From an uncultured Chloroflexia bacterium (GTDB lineage: Bacteria > Chloroflexota > Limnocylindria > Limnocylindrales > CSP1-4), in the NCBI GenBank assembly GCA_963720715.1, contig CAVRGM010000001.1:419429-483428 (forward strand): a DNA stretch of 64,000 nt, in the 5' to 3' direction. Of the stretch, positions 9,459-17,770 are shown piece after piece (within the stretch, counting starts at the first letter, position 1; each line of letters starts with the position of its first letter). The position numbers and the translations under genes are program-made. The notes below the pieces were generated by a model. That model was not told the DNA's origin. It did not search any database and saw only the letters and a list, made by a program, of their open reading frames with translations.

Positions 9459-10130
9459 ATGGACGCGATCCTCGCGGTCATCCCGGGCTACCAGGAAGGT
9501 CCCCGCATCGGAGCGGTCGTCGCGGCCGCGGCGCGGCACCTCCCCGTGGTCGTCATCGACGACGGTTCGACGGACGACACGGCTGCCCGGGCTTTGGCGG
9601 CCGGGGCCGAGGTCATCGTCCAGCGGCCCAATGCCGGCAAAGGAGCCGCGCTTCGAGTCGGGTTCCACCACGCGATCGAGCACGGTGCCGAGGCGGTCGT
9701 CACGCTCGATGCCGACGGACAGCACGACCCCGACGAGATCCCTGCGTTCCTTGCGGCGTTTCGGGCCAGTCGGCCGGAGCTGATCATCGGGCGCCGGGAC
9801 TTCGGCGAGATGCCCGTGGTCCGGCGGCTGTCGAACACGCTCGGTGGCTGGGCGCTGTCGGCCGCGGTCGGACGCCGGATCGTCGACAACCAGTCCGGCT
9901 ATCGGCTCGTCGGCAGGGAGTTGATGCGGACGCTCCTCGACAGCGACGAGCGCGGGTTCGAATTCGAGGTCGAGATGATCGCCCGCTGTATCGCCCTCGG
10001 GCTGCCCATGACGGAGATCCCGATCCGGACGATCTACGCTGGAGAGCCGAGCCACATCCGACCGTTCGCCCACTTCGGAAGCTTCCTGCGGGTGAGCCGC
10101 GACGCGCGACGGATCGTCCGTGGCGGCTGA
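9459..10130 (+). CDS. family 2 glycosyltransferase
   Basis: MDAILAVIPGYQEGPRI...VVVIDDGSTDDT...GKGAALRVG...VTLDADGQHDP...DNQSGYRL. A TTG at 9453 is an alternative start. Confidence 0.85.
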   Translation: MDAILAVIPGYQEGPRIGAVVAAAARHLPVVVIDDGSTDDTAARALAAGAEVIVQRPNAGKGAALRVGFHHAIEHGAEAVVTLDADGQHDPDEIPAFLAAFRASRPELIIGRRDFGEMPVVRRLSNTLGGWALSAAVGRRIVDNQSGYRLVGRELMRTLLDSDERGFEFEVEMIARCIALGLPMTEIPIRTIYAGEPSHIRPFAHFGSFLRVSRDARRIVRGG

Positions 10131-10301
10131 GGGTCGGCCCCCGCCCCACGCGAGTTAGTACTGCCGGACATCCCAAAGTACGGCTTGGCGCATGCCACCC
10201 CGCACTCCTACGCTCTGCCGCACAGCAAGCCGGACCCTACCCCTGAGCACAGCAGGGGCCCGGACCTGCCGAGACAGCGTGCAAAGCGAGGCAAACAGCA
10301 C

Positions 10302-10496
10302 ATGGCTTCGATGGCCGTCAACGAACTTGGACCGATGCTCACCGCGACCGAAGTCGCCGACATGCTTCACCTGCACGTCAACACGGTGAAGCGGCTCGGT
10401 GACCGGGGGGAGCTGCCGTTCTACCGCGTTTGCAAGCGTGGCGATCGTCGCTTTCGGCTGGACGACGTCATGAAGTTCCTCTCGCAGAACCGCTAG
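10302..10496 (+). CDS. excisionase-family / MerR-like helix-turn-helix DNA-binding protein (BldC-like small regulator)
   Basis: 64 aa: MASMAVNELGPMLTATEVADMLHLHVNTVKRLGDRGELPFYRVCKRGDRRFRLDDVMKFLSQNR. Confidence 0.75.
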   Translation: MASMAVNELGPMLTATEVADMLHLHVNTVKRLGDRGELPFYRVCKRGDRRFRLDDVMKFLSQNR

Positions 10497-10525
10497 CTTC
10501 CCGGCGCGAGGCGCCTCTCCGGAAG
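10497..10525 (+). terminator. candidate terminator hairpin directly after the HTH gene stop
   Basis: Interrupted hairpin cttcc-c-ggcgc-gag-gcgcc-tctcc-ggaag; no U-tract. Confidence 0.3.
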
Positions 10526-10586
10526 GGCTGGTCAAGCCACCTGGCGCCGACCCTCCGGCCCATCATGTGATCCGTCGTCGTCATGT

Positions 10587-10631
10587 CCCGTCGCGCGTCG
10601 ACCCGTCGCGCGCCTGTCGCCCGGTCGCGCG
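10587..10631. repeat. three direct copies of cc(c/g)gtcgcgcg in a non-coding region
   Basis: cccgtcgcgcg at 10587 and 10602 (identical 11-mers), ccggtcgcgcg at 10621; an inverted half-copy cgcgac at 10641. Confidence 0.6.
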
Positions 10632-10730
10632 TGTGTCAGACGCGACTTTCGGATGAACGTGCGAGATCGACGTCCAGATCCTGCAGATTCTGTCGATTCC
10701 CTCGGTGTGCCGTGCGAACTCATCTCCATT

Positions 10731-10749
10731 ACGCGTGTCCCACACGCGT
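10731..10749. repeat. perfect 8-bp inverted repeat acgcgtgt-ccc-acacgcgt
   Basis: Read directly from the sequence; lies in the 333-bp non-coding gap 10497..10829. Confidence 0.6.
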
Positions 10750-10829
10750 GCCCGTTCCGCGCGAAGATTCCCCAGCCAGTCGCCCGCCGCATCCCAGACC
10801 CTGACGCTCACCTTTTCGGATCTCGCGGG

Positions 10830-12110
10830 TCAGGCGCGCGGCGATCGCGCGAGCGACTCCCCGAAGATCTCGATCGCCTCGGCGATCTCCGCGGCAGAGA
10901 CATCCAGGGGCGGGATCCAGCGCACGACCTCGTGTTGCCGACCGCAGGTCAGGATCAACAGCCCAGCATCGGCACACGCTGCCATCAGCACGTCCGGGGT
11001 GGTCCCGTCTGGCTCGCCGGTGGCCCGGTCGCGGGTGAATTCGACGCCGACCATGAGACCCGGTCCGCGGATGTCACCGATCCGATCGTCTTCGGCCGCG
11101 ATCCTGCCCAGACCAGCAACCAGCTCCGCCCCCCGCGTCGCGGCGTTCTCGACGAGGTTGTCGTCGCGGATCGTCTCCAGGACGGCCAGGCCGGCGGCGC
11201 AGGCGACGGGGTTCCCGCCGTAGGTCGATCCATGCGCACCGCGGCCCCAGCGTTCCTGGAGTTCGCGACTCGAGACGATCGCCGAAAGCGGCAAGCCGTT
11301 GGCGATGGCCTTCGCGACGCAGACCACGTCCGGGACGATCCCGCTGTGCTCGAAGGCCCACATCCGGCCGGTCCGGCCATAGCCCGATTGGACCTCGTCG
11401 GCGATGAGCAGGATCCCGTGTTCGTCACAGATCTCGCGCAGACCCCGCAGGAACGAGGCGGGCGCCGGGTTGTAGCCGCCTTCACCGAGGACCGGCTCGA
11501 TCAGGATCGCCGCGACCATCGAAGGCGAGATGACCGAACTCAATAGTCGCCCCAGGTTCGCCAGACAGGCAGCCGACGCGGCCGCTTCGTCCCCGCCGAA
11601 CTCCGGATAGGTCGTCGGGTACGGAGCGAAGTAAACGCCGGGCAGGAGCGGCTCGTAGCCGGTCCGATAGTTGAGATTCGACGTGGTCACGCTCGTCGCC
11701 CCGAACGTGCGGCCGTGGAACCCGCCACGGAAGGCGATGATCCCGGGCCGGCCGGTGACCCGCCGGGCCAGCTTGAGAGCGCCGTCGATGGCCTCGGAGC
11801 CGGAATTCAGGAACATGACCGAGTCGAGCGGCTCCGGGAACGTCGCGGCGAGCGCCGCCGCCATCGCCGAGACGGGTTCCGTGTATCCGATGGCGCTGAT
11901 CGGCCCCGTCAGCCGATCGACCTGGGCGTGGATCGCGGCGGTGATTCGTGGGTGAACGTGACCGAGTGCCGTCACCGCGATCCCGTTCGCGAAATCGAGA
12001 TACGCGCGACCGTCCGTGTCGTACAGGCGGTGGCCCTCCCCGTGACTCCAGGTCCGCTCGAAATAGCGGCCCAACACTGGGGTCAGGTGTTCGGCGGGAT
12101 CCGCACTCAC
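10830..12110 (-). CDS. class III (omega) aminotransferase, 4-aminobutyrate/5-aminovalerate aminotransferase-like
   Basis: VSADPAEHLTPVLGRYF...LDFANGIAVTALGH...MFLNSGSEAIDGALKLAR...FHGRT...LIADEVQSGYGRTG...DVVCVAKAIANG...STYGGNP. GTG start at 12110; the upstream 300 codons of ORF 10830..13016 are the antisense of the neighbouring gene. Confidence 0.9.
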   Translation of the reverse strand: MSADPAEHLTPVLGRYFERTWSHGEGHRLYDTDGRAYLDFANGIAVTALGHVHPRITAAIHAQVDRLTGPISAIGYTEPVSAMAAALAATFPEPLDSVMFLNSGSEAIDGALKLARRVTGRPGIIAFRGGFHGRTFGATSVTTSNLNYRTGYEPLLPGVYFAPYPTTYPEFGGDEAAASAACLANLGRLLSSVISPSMVAAILIEPVLGEGGYNPAPASFLRGLREICDEHGILLIADEVQSGYGRTGRMWAFEHSGIVPDVVCVAKAIANGLPLSAIVSSRELQERWGRGAHGSTYGGNPVACAAGLAVLETIRDDNLVENAATRGAELVAGLGRIAAEDDRIGDIRGPGLMVGVEFTRDRATGEPDGTTPDVLMAACADAGLLILTCGRQHEVVRWIPPLDVSAAEIAEAIEIFGESLARSPRA

Positions 12111-12167
12111 GTCAGTCTCGGCTCCTGGGACGGTGGGGTCGCCCGAGTATAGGGGTGCCACGTCGCG

Positions 12168-12173
12168 TAGGAT
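12168..12173 (+). promoter_or_regulatory. -10-like hexamer TAGGAT, 6 nt before ATG 12180 (leaderless-type start)
   Basis: TANNNT at fixed spacing. Confidence 0.4.
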
Positions 12174-12179
12174 GCGGCG

Positions 12180-13385
12180 ATGGTCGACTTCGAACTGAGC
12201 GATGAGAACAAGCTCGTCCGGGATTCTGTTCGGGCCTTCGCCGAGGCCGAGATCCTGCCGAACATCCAGGAATGGGATGCCGCGGGCGAGGTCCACCGTG
12301 AGGTCTTCGAGCGGATGGGGGAGCTCGGATTCCTCGGGGCACCCATCCCGGAGACGTACGGCGGCGGAGGGATGGACTATCTCAGTTTCGCGATCTTGTG
12401 CGAGGAGCTCGAGCGCGCCGACACGTCGTTCCGGGTCGTCCAAAGCGTCCATGTCGGACTCAATTCCCTGGCCCTCCTCCAGTGGGGGACGGAGGAGCAA
12501 CGCCAGCGCTGGCTGGTCCCGCAGGCGCGTGGCGAGAAACTCGCGACGTTCGGCCTGACCGAGCCGGGTGTCGGCACCGACGCCGGGAACCTTGCGACGA
12601 CCGCCCGTCGCGACGGCGCCATCTATCGACTCAATGGCCAGAAGATCTGGATCAGCCTGGCCGATATCGCGGACCACTTCCTGGTTTTCGCGACGGTCGA
12701 TCGAGCCAAGCGCCACAAGGGCGTGACCGCGTTCGTGCTGGAGCGCGGGACGGCCGGCCTCACGACCGGCACGCTCCACGGCAAGCTTGGGATCCGGGCC
12801 GGGAATACGGGCCTGATCAACCTCGATGACGTGCCGGTCCCGATCGAGAACCGGATCGGCGAGGAGGGCGAAGGGTTCCTGGTCGCGATGAGCGCCATCG
12901 ACCAGGGTCGGTTCACCGTCGCCGCCGGTGCCGTCGGACTCGCCCAGGCGTGCCTCGATGCCTCCGTCCGCTATGCCCACGAGCGACAAACGTTCGGACA
13001 GGAGATCGGCGAGCATCAGCTGGTCAAACAGTTGATCGCCAAGATGGCGGCCGGCACGGAGATCGGCCGGCTGCTCGTCTGGCGCGCGGCCTGGCTCAAG
13101 AACCAGGGTCTACGGAATACCCGCGAGACGAGTCTGGCCAAGTGGCACGCGACCGAGCACGCCGTCCAGGCCGCGCTCGATGCCATCCAGGTCCATGGTG
13201 CCAACGGCTATTCCAACGAGTTTCCGGTCGAGCGCTACCTGCGCAACTCCAAGGCCGCGGTCATCTACGAGGGAACGAGCCAGCTCCATACGCTTATCCA
13301 GGCCGACTATGCCCTTGGCTATCGGGAGGATCGGCCGCTCCGCTGTGAGCCGTGGCCGGCACAAGGCTGGACCCGACCGGGCTGA
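12180..13385 (+). CDS. acyl-CoA dehydrogenase (short/medium-chain type)
   Basis: ...FGLTEPGVGTDAGNL...NGQKIWIS...ERQTFGQEIGEHQLV...GYSNEFPVERYLRNSKAAVIYEGTSQLH. Confidence 0.9.
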   Translation: MVDFELSDENKLVRDSVRAFAEAEILPNIQEWDAAGEVHREVFERMGELGFLGAPIPETYGGGGMDYLSFAILCEELERADTSFRVVQSVHVGLNSLALLQWGTEEQRQRWLVPQARGEKLATFGLTEPGVGTDAGNLATTARRDGAIYRLNGQKIWISLADIADHFLVFATVDRAKRHKGVTAFVLERGTAGLTTGTLHGKLGIRAGNTGLINLDDVPVPIENRIGEEGEGFLVAMSAIDQGRFTVAAGAVGLAQACLDASVRYAHERQTFGQEIGEHQLVKQLIAKMAAGTEIGRLLVWRAAWLKNQGLRNTRETSLAKWHATEHAVQAALDAIQVHGANGYSNEFPVERYLRNSKAAVIYEGTSQLHTLIQADYALGYREDRPLRCEPWPAQGWTRPG

Positions 13386-14379
13386 CCGAGCGCTCGGTCG
13401 GTTCGATGGCGAACGATCCGGCGGGGTCCGGTTCGCGAAGGCTCGTCCGTGGCGACGGCAGCCGGCCCCGTGCGGTGATGATGAGGGCGACGGCGGCCAC
13501 GATGACCGCTCCCGCGATGGCGGTTCGGGCGTCGATCGGCTCGCCGAGGATGAGCCAACCGAGGATGACCGCGACGACCGGGTTGACGTAGGCATAGGTC
13601 GTGACCATCGGCAGTGGCGCGACGCGGAGCAGCCAGCCGAAGGTCGTGAAGGCGAGCAGGCTGCCGATCAGGGTCAAGTACAGCAACGCGATGATCGAGG
13701 CTCGGGTGATGGTCGCGGGATCGAACCTGGCGAGTTCGCCCGTGGCGAGCGCCATCCCAGCGAGGACGGCCCCCCCGAGGAGCATCTGCAGCCCGGTCGC
13801 GACGAGTGGCCGTCTGGGGATGACCGCCCGATGGGACGCGAACAGGGACCCGATCGACCACGCGATCGGCGAGATGAGCAGGGCCATGAGCCCGATCGGA
13901 TCGTACCCGCCGGTGCCGCCGACGACCGATGGCCCGACCAGGACCGCGACGCCAGCAAAGCCGATGATGATCCCGGTCACGGCCAGACGGGGCAGCCGCT
14001 GGCCGAGGAAGATGCCGCCCAGGATCGCCACCCAGACCGGCATCATCGCGACGAGCAGGGCGGCGATGCCCGATGGGACCGTCTGTTCGCCGAACGCGAC
14101 CATCCCCATCCCGCCACCGAGCAGGAGAGCACCGATGACGGCGCTGTCGCGCCATTCGCGCCTGGTCGGCAGCTCGAAGGAACGACCTTCTCGCGCGATC
14201 GACCAGCCGAGCAGGATCAGCCCGGCCAGGCAGAACCGAACGGCGGCCATCATGAAGGGCGGGATCGAGTCGACGGCGACGGCGATGCCGAGATACGTCG
14301 ATCCCCAGACCACGTACAGGACCAGCATCGCGGCTGCGATCGACGACCGACCAGGTACCGTGGCGGACGAGGTTGGCAT
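13294..14379 (-). CDS. EamA/DMT-family transporter
   Basis: MPTSSATVPGRSSIAAAMLVLYVVWGSTYLGIAVAV... with about 10 hydrophobic segments. The hydrophilic C-terminal tail overlaps the convergent acyl-CoA dehydrogenase gene by 92 bp. Confidence 0.8.
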   Translation of the reverse strand: MPTSSATVPGRSSIAAAMLVLYVVWGSTYLGIAVAVDSIPPFMMAAVRFCLAGLILLGWSIAREGRSFELPTRREWRDSAVIGALLLGGGMGMVAFGEQTVPSGIAALLVAMMPVWVAILGGIFLGQRLPRLAVTGIIIGFAGVAVLVGPSVVGGTGGYDPIGLMALLISPIAWSIGSLFASHRAVIPRRPLVATGLQMLLGGAVLAGMALATGELARFDPATITRASIIALLYLTLIGSLLAFTTFGWLLRVAPLPMVTTYAYVNPVVAVILGWLILGEPIDARTAIAGAVIVAAVALIITARGRLPSPRTSLREPDPAGSFAIEPTERSVSPVGSSLVPATAHSGAADPPDSQGHSRPG

Positions 14380-14444
14380 AGCTGACTGGTCCAAGCGCAA
14401 AGTGTAGATGCGGCCCGACCGGGTGTCCAGTCCGAGATGCCCGG

Positions 14445-15240
14445 TCAGGCTGCGATCGCTCCCGATGCCGGCCGGCACTGGCGGCACGGGCGGTATCCGG
14501 AGGCAACGGCCCGCGCCATGGAGCTGAAGGAGACGCGGTGAGCCGGCGTGATCCGTCGGGCGGCATGGCAGGTCGGCAGACAGACGACATGCGTCGAATC
14601 GGACCCGACATATCGAACCCCGGCCCTGGCGGCCGCCTCGAGTGCATCGGGGTCGAGCCCCTCCGCTGCCAGGATCGTCCGCTTGTTGTGTGGACCACCC
14701 AGCGAGTACTGGCCGATCGAACCGTCCGTCCGAACCACGCGGTGGCATGGGACGATCAGCGGGACGGGGTTGTGACCGAGCGCCGTTCCGACCGCGCGGA
14801 CGGCCTTCGGGCGTCCGATCTCGGCGGCCAGCCAGCCGTACGGCCGAACCTCGCCACGGGGGATCTCCAGCGCCTTGTGCCAGACGTCCCGTTCGAACGC
14901 GGTGTGGCCGCGCAGGTCCAGATCGATCCGGACACGGCGATCGCCGCCGAGCCGCCGAGCGATGGCGCGAGCGAGAACGGTTCGGGATCCGCCCGGCGGC
15001 GTACGCTCGTCGCCCCGTCCGTTCCTGGTGCGACGACTCGAAACCGGCGGCGTCCGCGGCGGCCTCCACGGCGACGACGCCGACACCGTTCCAGGCCACG
15101 AACAACGGCCCGATCGGCGAATCGAACGGAGCGTACTCGTCGGCCAGCCCGAGGACTGACAGCACGCCGCCCGACAGGCCGTCTGGTGCCGTCGCGCGCA
15201 ATCCGGCCAACTCGGATGCGATCTGCGTGTCGCTGGTCAT
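14445..15240 (-). CDS. ogt: methylated-DNA-protein-cysteine methyltransferase (Ogt-like) with C-terminal Ada-type Zn(Cys)4 domain; apparent frame disruption near 14960-15040
   Basis: N-domain MTSDTQ...FDSPIGPLFVAWNGVGVVAVE in the frame starting at 15240. Catalytic part ...FERDVWHKALEIPRGEVRPYGWLAAEIGRPKAVRAVGTALGHNPVPLIVPCHRVV... and VVCLPTCHAARR..(27)..CRQCRP in the frame of ORF 14445..15086. Total length 796 nt, not divisible by 3. Confidence 0.75.
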
Positions 15241-15836
15241 GCGCTCATCTCCTCGCGCTCGCGTGTCTGGGCAGCCTCGTACGCCCGTCGCAACAGCGCC
15301 AGGCCTCGATGGACCTGGGCCTTGACCGTCCCTTCCGGCCGCTGCAATGCCGCGGCGAGATCGGGATAGGACAGACCATCGACATGACGGAGCACCACCG
15401 CGCTCCGATAGGCCGGTGGCAACGTCAGCAGAAGCGCGGCCCAGCCACCGGCCGAGTCTCGGTCCGTCACGACGGCCAGCGGCCCACGAGCGTCGTCCAC
15501 CCGGGGCTCGAGGCTGCCCGGCAGTGGCTCGTCGAGCGACAGTGGTGGCCGGCCCCGACGGGTGCGGCGACTCAGTCGTGACCGACACAGGTTCAGGACG
15601 ATCGTCGCCAGCCATGGCCGGAGCCGGATCGAAACGATCCGATCGCGGTCGTACCCGGCCAATGCGCGATAGGCTCGCACGAACGCGTCCTGGGCCGCCT
15701 CCTCGGCTTCGCCTGGGTCGCCGAGCATCCGCAGGGCGATCGAGAACAGCCGGTCCTGGTGGGCCATCACGAGGGTCTCGAATGCACCGTCGAGATCGGC
15801 GGCCAGGGAGTCGGCGAGCCTGCTATCGCTATCCAT
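15237..15836 (-). CDS. ECF-type RNA polymerase sigma-70 family factor
   Basis: MDSDSRLADS...AEEAAQDAFVRAYRAL (region 2)...RPWLATIVLNLCRSRL...YRSAVVLRHVDGLSYPDLAAALQRPEGTVKAQVHRGLALLR (region 4). Only the last 199 codons of ORF 15237..17123 are protein-like. Confidence 0.85.
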   Translation of the reverse strand: MDSDSRLADSLAADLDGAFETLVMAHQDRLFSIALRMLGDPGEAEEAAQDAFVRAYRALAGYDRDRIVSIRLRPWLATIVLNLCRSRLSRRTRRGRPPLSLDEPLPGSLEPRVDDARGPLAVVTDRDSAGGWAALLLTLPPAYRSAVVLRHVDGLSYPDLAAALQRPEGTVKAQVHRGLALLRRAYEAAQTREREEMSA

Positions 15837-15938
15837 CACTCCCAGAACCAACGAGTCGGGCGAATCGTTGCGCCACGTCCGATACGGTACCCGGCCGCGA
15901 CATCCGGGCGCGGTCTGGCGTGCGACAATCGAGCGACG

Positions 15939-16949
15939 ATGGCCCTCGACGACCGCTTCGATGACCTGATCGCCAGCCTCGGCGGATTCCACCGATCGTG
16001 GCTGGTCTACCTCGGCATCGAGGCGGGCTTCTTCCAGCGGCTTCGCGAGGCCGGCACCGCCGGGATGACCGTGTCGGAACTCGCTGCCTCGACCGGGTGT
16101 CAGGTTCCGGCGGTCGAAACGTGGGCGTGGGCGGCCGACGCGCACGATCTGGCCACACTGGAAGGCGATCGTTTGACGGTCGACGTCGACGTGGCGGCCA
16201 TCCTCCTTGACGAGACACGCCCCGAATTCCTGGGTGGCCAGTTCGTCCACGCCACGGTCGCTTCGCTCGACTGGGGCGGGATGCTCGAATTCTTTCGGGC
16301 CGGCACGCCGATCGGATCCAGGCCGGATCGGTACCGCGTCGCGATCGAGCGGCTGACGGCCCAGGACATCGCGGTCTTCTTCCAGGAAGCGCTCGCCGAC
16401 CTGCCCCAATTGGTCGCCGACCTGATGGCGGGAGGGCGGGTCGTCGATGTCCATTGTGGTGGCGGTCGCTGGCTGATCGCGATGGCTAGGCGGTTCCCGC
16501 GCCTCGAGCTGGTCGGGGTCGAATTCGAGGAGGATTCGGTCATCCGGGCGCGGGCCAACGTGGCGGCTGCCGAGCTGACCGATCGGATCACGATCAGGCA
16601 GGCGAACGTGACCCAGCCTGGCCGAGCCGGCGAATTCGACCTCGCCTATTTCCAGTACGCCCTGCACCAGCTGTCTGATGCGCCCGCGGTCCTGCGCGCG
16701 GCCTGGGCTGCGATCAAGCCCGGCGGACGGGTCATGGTCCTCGACTGGCCGCTGCCATCCGGCCGGGACGAGTTCCGTACCCGGCACGGGGAATTGATCG
16801 CCGGCGTCCAGCTCGACGAGTTGTACCAGGGCACCGCCCTCGCGACCCGCGAACAGTTCATGGCCTGGTTCGCGGCAGCTGACCTGCCGACCCCGGGTGT
16901 GATCGACTTGCCCTCCGGTGCGGCACTCTTCCTGGTCGAGCGATCCTGA
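15939..16949 (+). CDS. SAM-dependent methyltransferase with N-terminal winged-helix-like domain (O-methyltransferase-like)
   Basis: MALDDRFDDLIASLGGFHRSWLVYLGIEAGFFQRL...VVDVHCGGGRWLIAMARRFP...GGRVMVLDW. Confidence 0.8.
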   Translation: MALDDRFDDLIASLGGFHRSWLVYLGIEAGFFQRLREAGTAGMTVSELAASTGCQVPAVETWAWAADAHDLATLEGDRLTVDVDVAAILLDETRPEFLGGQFVHATVASLDWGGMLEFFRAGTPIGSRPDRYRVAIERLTAQDIAVFFQEALADLPQLVADLMAGGRVVDVHCGGGRWLIAMARRFPRLELVGVEFEEDSVIRARANVAAAELTDRITIRQANVTQPGRAGEFDLAYFQYALHQLSDAPAVLRAAWAAIKPGGRVMVLDWPLPSGRDEFRTRHGELIAGVQLDELYQGTALATREQFMAWFAAADLPTPGVIDLPSGAALFLVERS

Positions 16950-16966
16950 CGATCGACCCCGCCACG

Positions 16967-17770
16967 ATGCGCCGCCTGCTGGTCCATGAGGCGCGAGTCC
17001 ATGGACAGCCGGGACGGATCCTGCGCGACCTTGGTGACGCCATCCTGTTGACCGACCCGGATCAGCCCGAACCATTCTGGAATCGCCTGGAAGGTCTTCG
17101 CTGGCCGGCCGAGTCCGATGCATTCGATCGGCGGCTCACTGAGGCCCTCGTCCAGTTCACCGGGCTCGGCCGACAAGCCCACATCTGGGCCTCGCCCCTG
17201 CACGACGAACCCGCCGATCTGGTTGCCCGGCTGGCGTCCAACGGGTTCCGCGACATGGGCAAGGGCAACCTGATGCTCCTGGCCGATGCAGGCCCGGCGC
17301 TGAGGACGGCGTCGGCGTCGCTGGAACCGGGGGTGAGCATCGCCCGGTTCTCTCGCCTGGATGCGCCACACAGCGGCTCGATCGCCACCGAGGTGGTCGG
17401 CGTCCTCCTCGACGCCTTCGATGTCGACCGGGACAGACGGCCGACTCTTGAAATGGAGACAGCCGCCGCCCTGGGTCACCCATGGTTCACCTACTACGTC
17501 GCGAGCGTCGACCAGCGACCCGCTGCCGTGGCCCGGCGCGCGACGTTTGATGGAGCCACCTACCTGTCCTCGATCGGCACGGCCGGTTGGGCTCGCGGGC
17601 GCGGTCTGGCCGGCCTCGTCACATCCGCCGCCACCGTCGATGCCGTGCAGGCCGGCAGCACGTGGACGTATCTCGGGGTGTTCAACGACAACCGTGTCGC
17701 GATCGGGGTCTACCAGCGAGCCGGATACGTCCGGATCGGCGAACCGGCCGCGGACCTGCTGCTGATCTGA
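16967..17770 (+). CDS. GNAT-family N-acetyltransferase (two-lobed)
   Basis: ...YLSSIGTAGWARGRGLAGLVTSAATVDAVQAGSTWTYLGVFNDNRVAIGVYQRAGY. Confidence 0.7.
   Translation: MRRLLVHEARVHGQPGRILRDLGDAILLTDPDQPEPFWNRLEGLRWPAESDAFDRRLTEALVQFTGLGRQAHIWASPLHDEPADLVARLASNGFRDMGKGNLMLLADAGPALRTASASLEPGVSIARFSRLDAPHSGSIATEVVGVLLDAFDVDRDRRPTLEMETAAALGHPWFTYYVASVDQRPAAVARRATFDGATYLSSIGTAGWARGRGLAGLVTSAATVDAVQAGSTWTYLGVFNDNRVAIGVYQRAGYVRIGEPAADLLLI

Noticed and set aside
10581-10811. 76-codon minus-strand ORF starting 18 nt after the aminotransferase stop.
   Set aside because: Its first half is vaguely protein-like, but its 3' third is just the translation of the gtcgcgcg repeats, and no SD or -10 sits at proper spacing. 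It is kept only as a remark in the finding on this gap.
13294-13385. 92-bp convergent overlap between the acyl-CoA dehydrogenase and EamA genes, as a possible sign of another indel.
   Set aside because: No alternative frame gives an earlier stop for the EamA tail. In high-GC genomes, long hydrophilic tails and convergent overlaps occur without errors, so this is unresolved but not reportable.
13180-14385. 401-aa plus-strand ORF rich in D/R/E/G/Q.
   Set aside because: It is the mirror image of the EamA membrane-protein gene on the minus strand. Its composition is typical of the antisense of hydrophobic high-GC genes.
15837-15938. ECF-type autoregulatory promoter upstream of the sigma gene (GCAAC ... 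CGTT on the minus strand).
   Set aside because: The spacer is only 13 nt, against about 16-17 expected, and the motif sits too close to the start codon. This is not convincing.
15837-17123. N-terminal 429 codons of ORF 15237..17123 upstream of the ECF sigma domain. The same applies to the N-terminal extensions of ORFs 2948..4768, 3562..5829, 10830..13016 and 13294..15615.
   Set aside because: The extensions are Arg/Pro/Gly-rich, overlap well-supported genes on the other strand, and are not needed for the recognisable domains.
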